From Octopus vulgaris (Eukaryota): a DNA stretch of 64,000 nucleotides. Position numbers and translations under genes: made by a program. The notes beneath the pieces are model-generated. The model had not been told where the DNA came from, did no database searches, and saw only the letters and a program-made list of their open reading frames with translations. This document shows positions 13,495-25,765 of this stretch, piece by piece. Every line of letters begins with the position of its first letter. Position 1 is the stretch's first letter. The stretch is taken from the NCBI GenBank assembly GCA_951406725.2, contig OX597830.1:11408001-11472000 (forward strand), in the 5' to 3' direction.

Positions 13495-13957
13495 TGTGAT
13501 ACCTGTGCCGGTAGCACATAAAAAGCACCATCCGAACGTGGCCGATGCCAGCGCCGCCCCGACTGGCTTCTGTGCCGGTGGCACATAAAAAGCACCATCC
13601 AAACGTGGCCGATGCCAGCGCCGCCCTGACTGGCTTCTGTGCCGGTAGCACATAAAAAGCACCATCCGAACGTAGCCGATGCCAGTGCCGCCTTGATTGG
13701 CTTCCGTGCCGGTGGCACGTTAAAAGCTCCAACTGATCGTGGCCGATGCCAGACCCCCCTGGCACCTGTGCAGGTGGCACGTAAAAAGCACCCACTACAC
13801 TCGCAGAATGGTTGGCGTTAGGAAGGGCATCCAGCTGTAGAAACTCTGCCAGATCAGACTGGAGCCTGGTGCAGCCCCTGGCTTCCCAGACCCCGGTCGA
13901 ACCGTCCAACCCGTGCTAGCGCGGAAAACGGACGTTAAACGATGATGATGATGATGA
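13495..13957 (+). mobile_element. RTE LINE 3'UTR with about five tandem ~60-bp units and (GAT)n tail
   Basis: Repeated GTGCCGGTRGCACATAAAAAGCACCATCC units followed by the conserved tail. Confidence 0.85.
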
Positions 13958-14450
13958 GTAACAAAGATGTACAAGTGTCAATTTATTACAGTCGTTTCAA
14001 GTGACTCCTTCAATTGATTAAAAGAAACATTACATCATTTGAAAGAAACCATTCTCTTCAGACGACCGCATAAACTTCAAACATAAAGAATGCAACCATT
14101 TCCTTAACATATTCACGTCAATAATGGAACTCAAAATATTTACATTGTTTCTTCGTTATATCTGTGGCAGAATGAGTTTAGAAAATAATGCATATCTCGT
14201 TAAGTCTATTATAATTTCGAGAGCAGCAGAGGAAATAGTGAGGGTCAGGATAAAAAGAGTAGTGACCTAGTTACTTACACTTAGAAGACTTTATGTAGAA
14301 TGTAGTCATCAACCATTCGGGATTAAATCAAATCCGTAGGGAGTTGTCAATTGTATTCTAGTTAATGGTAATAAATCAACTAATGTCAGACAATCTACTA
14401 GACCCTCACTGTACTGGAACCATATATCTATATATGTATGTGGGTGTATA

Positions 14451-14498
<48 letters not shown>

Positions 14499-14783
14499 CA
14501 CATACAAAAAAGGGTGAAATATAATTAATTTAATAAAATTAATAAATTTCACCTAGTAGATTTTTCGGTATGGAAAAGACCATATTTGGTAAGAATGATA
14601 TTAATTATAATAAAGGGTTAATTGCAACAAGTTGCTCAAAACTACATACCGAAAATATTAGAAATAGCAGCCAAATAGATCAATATTTCTCCTACTAATA
14701 AAAAAGTCTCCACAAACAAACAGAATTTGTAATCGGTATATGGTAAAGAGAAAGAAAATAACGAAATCCCAGCCTATGGATTA

Positions 14784-14841
14784 ATTATAGACGAATCGTT
14801 TCTGGATTAGAACCGAAGGTTCATTTCCTTGTCAATATGAT
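14784..14841 (-). ncRNA. Minimal hammerhead ribozyme, U3:A8 core variant
   Basis: Minus strand: ATCATA-TTGACAA-GGAaatGAACCttcGGTTCtaaTCCa-GAAA-CGATTCG-TC-TATAAT, within a Penelope-like terminal remnant (~14510-14875). Confidence 0.6.
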
Positions 14842-14868
14842 ATTTCCTATAAATCTAGAAATGCTAGG

Positions 14869-14899
<31 letters not shown>

Positions 14900-14901
<2 letters not shown>

Positions 14902-15303
14902 CATAGGAGTGGCTGTGTGGTAAGTAGCTTGCTTACCAACCACATGATTCCAGGTTCAGTCCCACTGCATGGCACCTAGGGCAAGTGCTTTCTACTATAG
15001 CCTCAGGCCAACCAAAGCCTCGAGAGTGGATTTGGTAGACGGAAACTGAAAGAAACCCGTCGTATATATGTATGTGTGTGTAAATGTTTGTGTCTGTGTT
15101 TGTCCCCACCAACATCGCTTGAGAACCGATGATGGTGTGTTTATGTCCCCATAACTAAGCAGTTCGGTAAAAGGAGCCCGATAGAATAAGTACTAAGGCT
15201 TACAAAGAAAAAGTCCTAGTTTCAATTTGCTTGACTAAAGGTGGTGCTCCAGCATGGCCACAGTCAAATGACTGAAACAAGTTAAAGAATAAAGAGTAAA
15301 AGA
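14900..15303 (+). mobile_element. Full-length tRNA-derived SINE (family A)
   Basis: A-box TGGCTGTGTGG, B-box GGTTCAGTCCC, internal (TG)n, 3' tail GGTGGTGCTCCAGCATGGCCACAGTCAAATGACTGAAAC plus AAAGAG repeats. Confidence 0.88.
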
Positions 15304-15665
15304 ATATATATATACATGTATGTGTGTATATGCATATATATGTATATTTGTGTGTATGGATGTGTGTGTATATGTGTATATATATATTTATATAAGTCTT
15401 ATGTAGAACCCATGTTTGGAAACCTTGTGATATACTTAGATTGTTGAAAAAATAGATAATATAGCCCCTGGAATGGACCTTTATATCTACCTTATATGAC
15501 TAATTTTTTTTAACAACCAAGGGAAATAACCCATAGCACCTGTACAATATTTTTTACACACTCGAGGGAAATAACAAATTTCATTGTTTATGTTCGATTA
15601 CTTTGAACATTGATATTTTGTGTCCTATTTCTAATTTTTGCAGACAATATCACTTTTATACTTTA

Positions 15666-16850
15666 CTAGCTTAAGGTGACCAGCTCTATGCGCGGGTGAG
15701 GGTGTAGTTGTTGCTTTCTGTTGCTTCCTTTCTGTTTCTTATCGCCACATTCTCCCTCTTTATTTCTCTCTCCTTTCTCTCTCACTTTCCCACTCTCTTA
15801 CTCTTCCTTTCTCTCGGACTCTCCCTCGCTTTCTCTTACTCTCTATCTTTATCTATCTCTCTCCCATTTATAAACAACAAAAGATCTTGAGTAAGTTGAG
15901 AAAGATAATATTTTGAAAGATCAATCATAAATATCAGGCAGTGACAACGGAAAGGTCTGCTTCAAGGCAAACAGCAAAACACTAACATTTAAAAGGGGCA
16001 GACGAACTTGTGAGCTGAATAAAAATAAAAAAATATTGGAAACCAAAGTTTGAAGGGATAGAATCTAAGGATAGTAGACTCACCATGGCTGGCATTCAAA
16101 ACATCTTAACGACGGACAGCAATGTACTGGCAGTTTAACAGGGTTAAAATTTTGGCACAAAATTTTGAACTTGATGTAAAAGAAAATTCCTAAACACCAA
16201 GTTTTGAAGTGATTCTTTCTTGCGACAGGAGACTCACCATGGCAGGCATTCAAAATTTCTTCATGACAGACGGCAACATATTGACGATTTAAAGGCTGTT
16301 GCAAATTTTTTAGCGTGATGTAACAGAGAATTCCTAAATACCCCCTCCTGTAAATTTTAAAACCTTTCCATCCCCATTTAGACCCCTTTTCACATAAAAA
16401 TCCAATTTGTATCAATGTAATAATTCACCGTTCTAAAGGACCCGTGGCGGGAAATTAAAATTTTTGCAGCTGTCAATGCTTTCTATCTATAGATACAGAC
16501 AGACGTACAGTGAGAGAGGTGATGGAAGAAAGAGTGACAGAGAGACGATGAAGCTGTCAAGCGTTGTTATAGAAAGAAAGTCGAGGGAAGGAAGGAAAGA
16601 GAGAGATGGAAGACAGGGTGATATGCGAAAGAGAAACGACAAACACTTGTCAAAGTGTGGGTTTTGTTGCCCTAGTAACCACAGCTTTTGAGATAGGGGT
16701 TTCTAACCTAGTCCACTCACTTCCTCGCCTCCTTTTACATGTCCCTGTAAATTTTGGAGCCAATCTGACCCCATCTAGTGCCCCTTAAACCGTTCCCATC
16801 CCAAAATGAGACAAACAAATTTTTTTGCATTTCAGCTTTATAGATATTGA
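15666..16850 (-). mobile_element. Non-autonomous Helitron-like element
   Basis: Minus strand A|TCAATATCTATAAAGC ... ACCCGCGCATAGAGCTGGT (hairpin-like)..CTAG|T; a second internal 5'-end-like motif lies near 16490. Confidence 0.55.
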
Positions 16851-16859
16851 TTTGACACT

Positions 16860-18230
16860 TGAGTATAACTGCCTTACTTAAAGCAGGTTATACAGATAAA
16901 GTCACTTACACTAATTCCATTCAATCTTATTCTACCTTTAGTAATGGAGACATGAAATCTAGTTGTAAGGATATAAACGATATCAATTTTAATTTATACG
17001 CCAACAGCAAACAGAGGAAGGGAGACAACCATTATTTAAACCTCTTTTTTCATTCTAAAGATAAATCGATGTCTTTTAAAGTTAGTTACACTAAAACTAA
17101 GGCAGCTAATAGCAAAACACTTTGGTTGATTATTCCTTATGGGAGGCAAATTAAATCTAATCTTCCTTTCCAGTTTCAGGAAGCTATTATTAGGAATTTT
17201 CCATAGAATTCTAGGTATTACTCTATTATCAACTCGCACACAGTTAGGATTGGTTTTTCTAACACAAAAAATCTCTTACAAATTATCTCCTCACATAATA
17301 TTAGTCTGTTAAATAGGAATCCATTAACTAATACTAACATTAATTTAGCTGATAACAACCATCCCACTAGAAATATTAATAACAGGGTTATTGTCTCTAA
17401 AGTTAATTCCAACAGAATTAAGTTTATGTCTAGTAATTCTAAGATCAGGAACTCTATATATCATTGAAAAATTACTTCAGGTACCGATGTCTTTTTTATA
17501 CAGATAGTTCTTCTCAGTTATCTAAAAGAATTTCTAATCATTACTCTACATTTAAGGATAATAATAAACGTAACAGTACAGGGCTTAGTAAATTAATTTG
17601 GTATCTAAAAGACCATAACAAACAATTAATTTAGATTGGTTGATTCTTTCCATTTCATTCCCATAAGATAAAGGCAAAGAGTTTTGTCAACTCTGTCATT
17701 TTGAACTATTTTTATTCTTTTTTCTAAGAATCCCCTTGTAAACACGGTTATAGAGCGTGTTTATCAATGTAAACATTGGCAGAAACATACCTTTAGTTCA
17801 TATAAGTGACATCAATCATTATATATAATTTGAACATTGATTTTCTTCTTACATTTCACTTCCACTAGATATAACTTTTTTCAAGACTTTAGGCTTTTAT
17901 TTAATTCACATATAGTTCTATATTTCTCATTTATTTGGTTTCTGTTTACTTCTTTCCTTTACCCCTCCTCTTTCTATAGGCTACCATTGACGTTATATCC
18001 GCTAACGTTTTTCAAAAAAAAAACTTAATAGCATTCCGTTCATCATTATACATATACATCATATTCTGTTAAAATGTCTTATTGATGAGTTTGTTTTATT
18101 TCTTTATTTCCCTGAAGAGAAGATTACATTGTTTTTCACAATTTTATTCCTTTGGAATAATACCAATGCTGTCTTTGAAACATGTGGTGGAAGTAAAAGA
18201 ATTTGAATAACACCTGCATTTAACCCCATT

Positions 18231-18235
<5 letters not shown>
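16860..18235 (+). mobile_element. Penelope-like element 3' part (degenerate GIY-YIG endonuclease plus terminal repeat)
   Basis: 17430-17830 is homologous to the GIY-YIG region at 40790-41210; a degenerate CTGAAGA...GAAACATGT hammerhead motif lies at ~18112-18190. Confidence 0.7.
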
Positions 18236-18280
<45 letters not shown>

Positions 18281-18282
<2 letters not shown>

Positions 18283-18780
18283 AGCAGTATAGCCCAGTGT
18301 TGCCCAGGATTAAGTTAGAATTATTAAGCTAATCAAGTGCTTTGTTTCAAACCAAACTAAGTAACACTGATGTCAAATTTGAGCAAAATCCGTTGAAATT
18401 GGTAAACTTTTGGCTGAAAACGGATTGCAGATAATTTGATTGGTAAATCCCATAACGATTTTTTTTTTTTGAGAAGTTAAAGCATTCATAGATCCCATGA
18501 GTCCTAAGTAACGCCGGCATCAAGTTTGAAGAATATACATCAAAATTAGTAAAAGTTATGGTTGAAAATGGGGTGTAGCCAATTTTAGTGAGAAATCCTA
18601 TAAGGAATCAGTTTATCAATTTTTCATCCTGAGTGAATGGAAAATACCAAAAAGAATCAGTTTATTGATTTTTCACCCCAAATAGGACTTAACCGAACAC
18701 AACACTGCTGATTCCAAAAATCTATATTTGTACTTTAAAGTTGGCTTTCACACCCAACCCAGTTCTGTAGAATCAGTGTT
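18281..18780 (-). mobile_element. Helitron-like element 3' part (extent approximate)
   Basis: Plus-strand CTAGCAGTATAGCCCAGTGTTGCCCAGG is the reverse complement of a hairpin plus CTAG 3' end. Confidence 0.45.
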
Positions 18781-19150
18781 GCGACAGGAATGCAAGAGTT
18801 TGGAGTTTGACAGGCAGATTGCACATGCTGGCCCTTTCAAAACCACCACCCCTATTATCTAACCCCACTTGGCCCATGGGTTTCGAGCCCTTTCAGCAAG
18901 GAAAATAGAACTCCCAAAAGGGCTGCCAGTCCTCTGTGCCAGAAGAGATTATGTTTGGATCACAACTAAGCCTTAACATAAGCCTAAGCTAACCTAGTGA
19001 AAGGGGGCTCAGAAGCCTCTGAAAAGCAGCGACTAATCCTGATCTAGACCTAACCCCTCCTAGGGTACTATCAGTCAAGTGATTCACACCCTGGAAAATT
19101 TATTTCAGTAAAATGTTGGGAGTGGGTAAAATTTCCGAGGCTTCCACCTG

Positions 19151-20252
19151 ATCAATACAAAATTTAAATCTAGAAAGGAACCCACCTATAATAGGGATAT
19201 ACAGGTTTTAGCAGATAATATTTGGAAGGTGGTGAAAAATATTAAATTTCATAAATACCCAAATAAGCACAATGAATATTTAAGAAATCTAGCTATTAGA
19301 ATAAAAGAAATGTGAAATATAGAAGGAATTATAGTACAATCAGATAAAACTAGGAACCTGTATAAACTAGATGTTAAATTATATGATAACCTATTAGAGA
19401 AATAAATAAATAAAAAGTATGAAATTGCTCCAGAAAATACTCTTTATAATATAAATAAATCCTCTAAATTAATCATGATGAAATATAAGTTATACAATAA
19501 AACTGAACCTTATGTACCTATGCACCCTAGAATTACTTTAAAAGACCATAAGCATAATTTTTATTCTGACCCAAAAGTTAGACTTATTTGTCCTTGTAAA
19601 TCAGATCTAGGTAAATTAAGTAAGATCATTTTAGATAAATATATTAATAGATTAAATGAAATTAATTACTTTAAACTTTGGACTAGTACTAATGATACTT
19701 TATAATGGTTTAATAATATTAAAGATAAAAATAGATATAAATTCATTAAAATAGATATAGATAATTATCATTCTTCTATAAATGAGACTGTACTAAACAA
19801 GGCCCTAATTTATGCAATGAATAAGGTTGGAATGACATATAATGAAGTTAATGTAGTTAAAGCAGCTAGGAAATCGTTGATTACATATAATAGTAAATTG
19901 TTGGCTAGGAAGGATACTAGGGACTATTATTTTGATATACCTATGGGGGCACCCGATTCTGCACAGGCAACAGATTTAGTAGGTATTTATTTATTTATTA
20001 TCGGAAGTTCAATTAGAAAAATTAAAGTTGGAGGGTGGTTTATATAGGGATGACCTTTTATTAATAACTAAGAATTGCATCAATAGAACACTAGAATTAT
20101 ATAAGAAGAAACTATATAGTTTTTTTTAAAAGACATGCATTAAGAATTATTATTGATAAAGAGAACTATAATGTTAATTATTTAGATGCTAATTTTAATT
20201 TAATAACAGGTAAAACCCAACCATTCCATAAAATTAATGAAAACCTTAGATA
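19151..20252 (+). mobile_element. Penelope-like RT fragment (left arm of a 1.1-kb inverted repeat)
   Basis: PRITLKDHK..PKVRLICPCKSDLGKLSK, FDIPMGAPDSAQATDLVG, then YRDD after a frameshift. Confidence 0.85.
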
Positions 20253-20377
20253 TATATATATATATATACACATGCATACATATGTGTATATGTGTGTATA
20301 TATATATATGAAAGAAATATATATATATATATATATATATAAATATATATATACATACATACATATATATATATACA

Positions 20378-20465
<88 letters not shown>

Positions 20466-20467
20466 TA

Positions 20468-20500
<33 letters not shown>

Positions 20501-20504
20501 GCAC

Positions 20505-20538
<34 letters not shown>

Positions 20539-20672
20539 GCACATATATATATATATATGCACATATATATATATATATGCACATATATATATATATATGC
20601 ACATATATATATATATATATATGCACATATATATATATATATGCACATATATATATATATATATATATGCAC

Positions 20673-20704
<32 letters not shown>

Positions 20705-20755
20705 GCACATATATATATATATATGCACATATATATATATATATATATATATATT
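20250..20755. repeat. (TA)n microsatellite with recurring ATGCAC interruptions
   Basis: Seen directly. Confidence 0.95.
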
Positions 20756-20928
20756 CTTAGCTACGTGGTTTCGGGTTCAATCCAACTGCGTGGCACTTTG
20801 GGTAGGTGTCTTCCACTATAGCCCCGAGCCGACCGGAGCTTTGTGATTGAATTCGGTAGGTGGAAGTTACTGCCGTGTGTGTATGTGTGCGTATAGCTGC
20901 TCAGTGCCTCTCTGAAAGAGAGAGAGGG

Positions 20929-20962
<34 letters not shown>

Positions 20963-21084
20963 GCATATATATATATATAAGTCTAAACCTCTTTTTCAGT
21001 GCAAATTATAATTATTTCATTTCATTATCATAAACGTCTGCATGTGAATCTCCTTAGGGATAAAACAGTGTAGATAAACGGAAA

Positions 21085-22035
21085 TTCAGACTGGATAGAT
21101 GAGTGGATGGAGTTCAGAGGACAACTATACAATCTAAGTAAAGAAGTTTTAGGAGTCAAGGAAAAGAAACATCAAGATTGGTTTGATGAAAGTGATGGAA
21201 ATATTCCACATTTGTTGGAAGGAAAACAAAAGGCATTGCATTTGTTACTCGCATATGATTCTGACCAAAATAGAGCTTTTTCCAAAGAGATAAAAGCAAA
21301 GATTCGATACATGCAGGAAACTTGGTTGCGGAAGAAAGAAGAGATAGAGGCTGATTCCAATGTTAAGAACACTAAGTCATTATATATTTTCCTTCAAGAG
21401 GTGTATGGGCCATCATGTCCTACTTTGGTTCATGTGAAGAATAGGAATGGTTTTTTATTGAGGGAGCCCAAAGACATCTTAAAACAATGGGAGGAACATT
21501 TCAATGAACTTCTGAAACGACCATCAGTTGTTGATGAAAAAAGTGTTGATATGATTCCACAGAATGCATTAATTGAACGCTTAGAGGACACTCTGTCAGT
21601 GGAGGAAGCAATAAAAGCAATATCAAAGCTGAACAATTATAAAGCACTGGGAGCTGATAGTCTGAATGGTACTACATGCTGGAAATGCTGACAGAAATAA
21701 TGCAGAAGATATGGGAAAATGAAGTTATGCCAAAAGATTGGAAGGATGCGGTCATGGGAGTTGTGTTCAAGGGTAAGGGACAAAAAGATGAATGCAATAA
21801 CTTTTGTGGTATTTGCCTGCTTGCTTACACCCGGCAGAGTTTTATCACATATAATGTTGGAGCGGCTGCAGATCTATGTGGTTAATGAGATTCTTCACAG
21901 AGCGGATTCAGAAATGGTAGGGTTACTGTTGACATCATGATCTCTGCACGGTAGTTACAGGAAAAGTGTGTGGAACAACAAATAGGATTTTATCAGGTAT
22001 TCAGTGATCTTACTAAGGCTTTTGACTCTGTTTTC
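21085..22035 (+). mobile_element. Degraded RTE (BovB-like) LINE fragment, second RTE family
   Basis: HQDWFDE, EVYGP, W.EHFNELL.RPS, KALGAD, MPKDWKDA, CNNF.GICLL, DLTKAFD. Confidence 0.8.
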
Positions 22036-22209
22036 TTGCATTAATTGTCAAAAAGCATGCAAGTCTTTGGCAGGCCTCAAAAGCTATATTCGTTCAGCTC
22101 ATGTATGATATTCTAGGACATAAAGAAGTCAAGCAATGGCTCTAATCGAAATCGAGTTAGTAACCTTCATGTATGTACATATGTGTACATCTGTGTGCTT
22201 ACACACATA

Positions 22210-22635
22210 TTTATAAGATCAACATCAATGGAAATTGTAGCTGTGATACCAGTGCCAGAGGCACGTAAGAGAACCATCCGAACGTGGCCGTTGCCAGTGC
22301 TGCCCCGACGGGCCTCCGTGCCGGTAGCACGTAAAAAGCACCATCCGATCATGGCCGTTGCCAGCCTCGCCTGGCCCCTGAGCTGGTGGCACGTAAAATG
22401 CACCATCCGATTATGGCTGTTGCCAGCCTCGCCTGGCACCTGTGCCAGTGACACGTAAAAAGCACCCACTACACTTACGGAGTGGTTGGCGTTAGGAAGG
22501 GCATCCAGCCATAGAAACACTGCCAGATCAGACTGGAGCCTGGTGCAGCCTCCTGGCTGCCCAGACCCCAGTTGAACAGTCCAACCCATGCTAGCATGGA
22601 AAGCGGACGTTAAGTGATGATGATGATGATGATGA
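22210..22635 (+). mobile_element. RTE LINE 3'UTR copy
   Basis: ~60-bp repeat units plus conserved tail plus (GAT)n. Confidence 0.85.
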
Positions 22636-22664
22636 TATATAAAAAGAAACAAATATTTACAAAC

Positions 22665-22914
22665 CTGCTTTTAACTTCACATATGAAATATTATTTGTTG
22701 ACACAATTTCAAGGTTATCATAATATTCAAATAATTCATTCATGCTCTTCACACCATATTTGTTTTTTGGTCCAATCCCTTTAATGTTGTGGTTAATAAA
22801 ATCCCAAAAATGAACTTTTTCTATACCTTGTGGATGTTGCTTTAAGAGGTTTACAATCTCTTGTTTCAGCCACATCCTTTTCTTCCCTTTAAGGGATGAT
22901 GGTGGATCTTCCAT
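22665..22914 (-). CDS. First coding exon of LOTUS/NO VEIN-like gene (LOTUS-like domain 1)
   Basis: Acceptor ttttttttccag at 22926, ATG at 22914 (gaaATGG), 250 coding nt MEDPP...YVKLKA-G, donor GCAG|gtttgt in phase 1 matching the next exon. Confidence 0.8.
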
Positions 22915-23886
22915 TTCTAATGGTACTGGAAAAAAAATTAACAAGAAATTTAAAATTAAAATTTGGAAGATATATTGTTCAAAGAAAGAGGCAAAAAAAA
23001 GTATTAGTTTAGATTAATATGCAAGCATCAAGTGCTGATCTCTGATTGTGGGAGGAACTTGAGGAAGAGGTAGACCCAGGAAGATGTGGGATGAAATGGT
23101 GAGAAAGGATCTTCAGACAGAGGAAATGACAAGGGACTAAGACTGCTAGTGATTTGCTATGCATATCAAGCTAAGTAAAATCATGGTTGTCCTTGCATAC
23201 AGGAATGTCTCCTACAACCCTCTTCAGCTGAGTGACCCTAATTCTGCAGGATTGTGGGTACTGGTGCCATGTATAAAGCACTTGTGCCAGTGCTGCATAA
23301 ATGCACCCAGTACACTTTGTAAAGTGGTTGGCATTAGGAAGGGCCTCCAGCCATAGAAGCCTTGCCATAACAAACAACTGGAGCCTGTGCAGCTTTTCAG
23401 CTGTCCAGTTCCTGTCAAACCATTCACAAAGTATATCCCATATTATTTTTTTTTGATTGCTGAACAGAAGCCCTCAACCTAGTTCAATGCATTCTAGCAC
23501 TTTAATTCCAGTTGAGTTGAAATTCATAAACTCATGTAGATGAACTCGATGGGGATAGGTCAGATAACTGCCACAAGATAAAGAAGTGAAAATTTTATCA
23601 TTAATTTTCATTTAGAAAAGAACATAATTTCTTCAACATTTTCATACAAGAAAAATTTCTTATAGTATGAAAATTCATCATGCTCATTACTGATTTAGGC
23701 CGAGGTGTAGCAAAAAAGTGCAAAGTGGAAAAAGAGGGTGGTGTACTGATAGATTTCCATGCGGTGAGAAGTCATATGGAAGACAAATTCAAGGCTTGAA
23801 ATATTGAAGAAAGTGCTGAAATTCTTTTTCCTATGTTATCTATCAACAATTTAACTGAGGGTGGGTGATTACTATTAGCATTAAAA

Positions 23887-25430
23887 TATCTAATGTTTTC
23901 ATTAATTTTATGGAATGGTTGGGTTTTACCTGTTATTAAATTAAAATTAGCACCTAAATAATTAACATAGTTCTCTTTATCAATAATAATACTTAATGCA
24001 TGTCTTTTAAAAAAAACTATATAGTTTCTTCTTATATAATTCTAGTGTTCTATTGATGCATTTCTTAGTTATTAATAAAAGGTCATCCCTATATAAACCA
24101 CCCTCCAACTTTAATTTTTCTAATTGAACTTCCGATAATAAATAAATAAATACCTACTAAATCTGTTGCCTGTGCAGAATCGGGTGCCCCCATAGGTATA
24201 TCAAAATAATAGTCCCTAGTATCCTTCCTAGCCAACAATTTATTATTATATGTAATCAACGATTTCCTAGCTGCTTTAACTACATTAACTTCATCATATG
24301 TCATTCCAACCTTATTCATTGCATAAATTAGGGCCTTGTTTAGTACAGTCTCAGTTATAGAAGAATAATAATTATCTATATCTATTTGAATGAATTTATA
24401 TCCATTTTTATCTTTAGTATTATTAAACCATTATAAAGTATCATTAGTACTAGTCCAAAGTTTAAAGTAATTAATTTCATTTAATCTATTAATATATTTA
24501 TCTAAAATGATCTTACTTAATTTACCTAGATCTGATTTACAAGGACAATTAAGTCTAACTTTTTGGTCAGAATAAAAATCATGCTTATGGTCTTTTAAAG
24601 TAATTCTAGGGTGCATAGGTACATAAGGTTCAGTTTTATTGTATAACTTATATTTCATCATGATTAATTTAGAGGACTTATTTATATTATAAAGAGTATT
24701 TTCTGGAACAATTTTATACTTTTTATTTATTTATTTCTCTAATAGGTTATCATATAATTTAACATCTAGTTTATACAGGTTCCTAGTTTTATCTGATTGT
24801 ACTATAATTCCTTCCATATTTCACATTTCTTTTATTCTAATAGCTAGATTTAAATATTCATTATGTCTATTTGGGTATTTATGAAATTTAATATTTTTCA
24901 CCACCTTCCAAATATTATCCTCTAAAACCTGTATATCCCTAATATACAGGGGTTCCTTCCTAGATTTAAATTTTGTATTGATATAATTAGTATTGTCTAC
25001 ATTGTTAAAATTAAATATGTTATAATTATTGTAGTAGCTTTCCATTTAATCCTATTAATAAAATCTTTAATATTATTAATGAGTTTCAAAATATATTCTT
25101 TTCTAGATGGTATAGGAATATCCGTCGAAGATGAATTTCAAAATAGTGGTTCTATCTTACCTGTAAGTTCCATAACTAACGAAATTGAGAGTTAAATACA
25201 ATCGACAAACGTTAGTTATAAATATAAAAAGTAATATTATTATTAATAATAGTAGGGAATATAATTCCAAACATACAGGGAAAAATTCAATTTAGCAATT
25301 CTATATCAAATTTCACAATATATAATATATGTATATAGTTTAGAGAAAAACCTCTATTAAACAATTCAATAATGAAAGATGTTATTCACACCATATAGAA
25401 AACATATACTATAAAAACCTTATTCTAAAA
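23887..25430 (-). mobile_element. Penelope-like element 5' part/RT fragment (23887-24982 is the right arm of the inverted repeat)
   Basis: ORFs 24089..24319 and 24431..24661 are nearly identical to 19817..20047 and 19475..19705. Confidence 0.85.
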
Positions 25431-25721
25431 TCAACAAAGTACATGCTGGTGGCATGTAAAAAACACTCACTACACTCACGGGGTGGTTGGCATTAGGAAG
25501 GGCATCAAGCTGTAGAAACACTGCCAGATCAGACGGGGCCTGGTGCAGCCTTCATGGCTTCCCAGACCCCGGTCGAACTGTCCAACTCATGCTAGCATGG
25601 AAAACGGACGTTAAATGATGATGATATATATATATATATATAATATAATTCGAGACAAAACCACTATTTTAAAATCAAACAAGGAAAGAAGTAATTTGAT
25701 ACTGATTAGAAGATCGAAATT

Positions 25722-25765
25722 CCACCTGAAGAATGTCAGTAGCAGACATGAAACAATTGTAGTGG
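25722..25765 (+). ncRNA. Intact minimal type-I hammerhead ribozyme
   Basis: CCAC-CTGAAGA-ATGTC-agtagca-GACAT-GAAA-CAATTG-TA-GTGG: helices I and II perfect, palindromic loop 3, GUA site; lies between ~53-bp inverted repeats (25637-25689 / 25808-25860). Confidence 0.8.

Noticed and set aside
13495-13800. CRISPR-like look of hairpin repeat plus variable spacer arrays
   Set aside because: The 'spacers' are homologous to each other, there are no cas genes, and the array is part of a eukaryotic LINE 3'UTR.
14900-14975. tRNA-like A/B boxes
   Set aside because: SINE heads; no complete cloverleaf.
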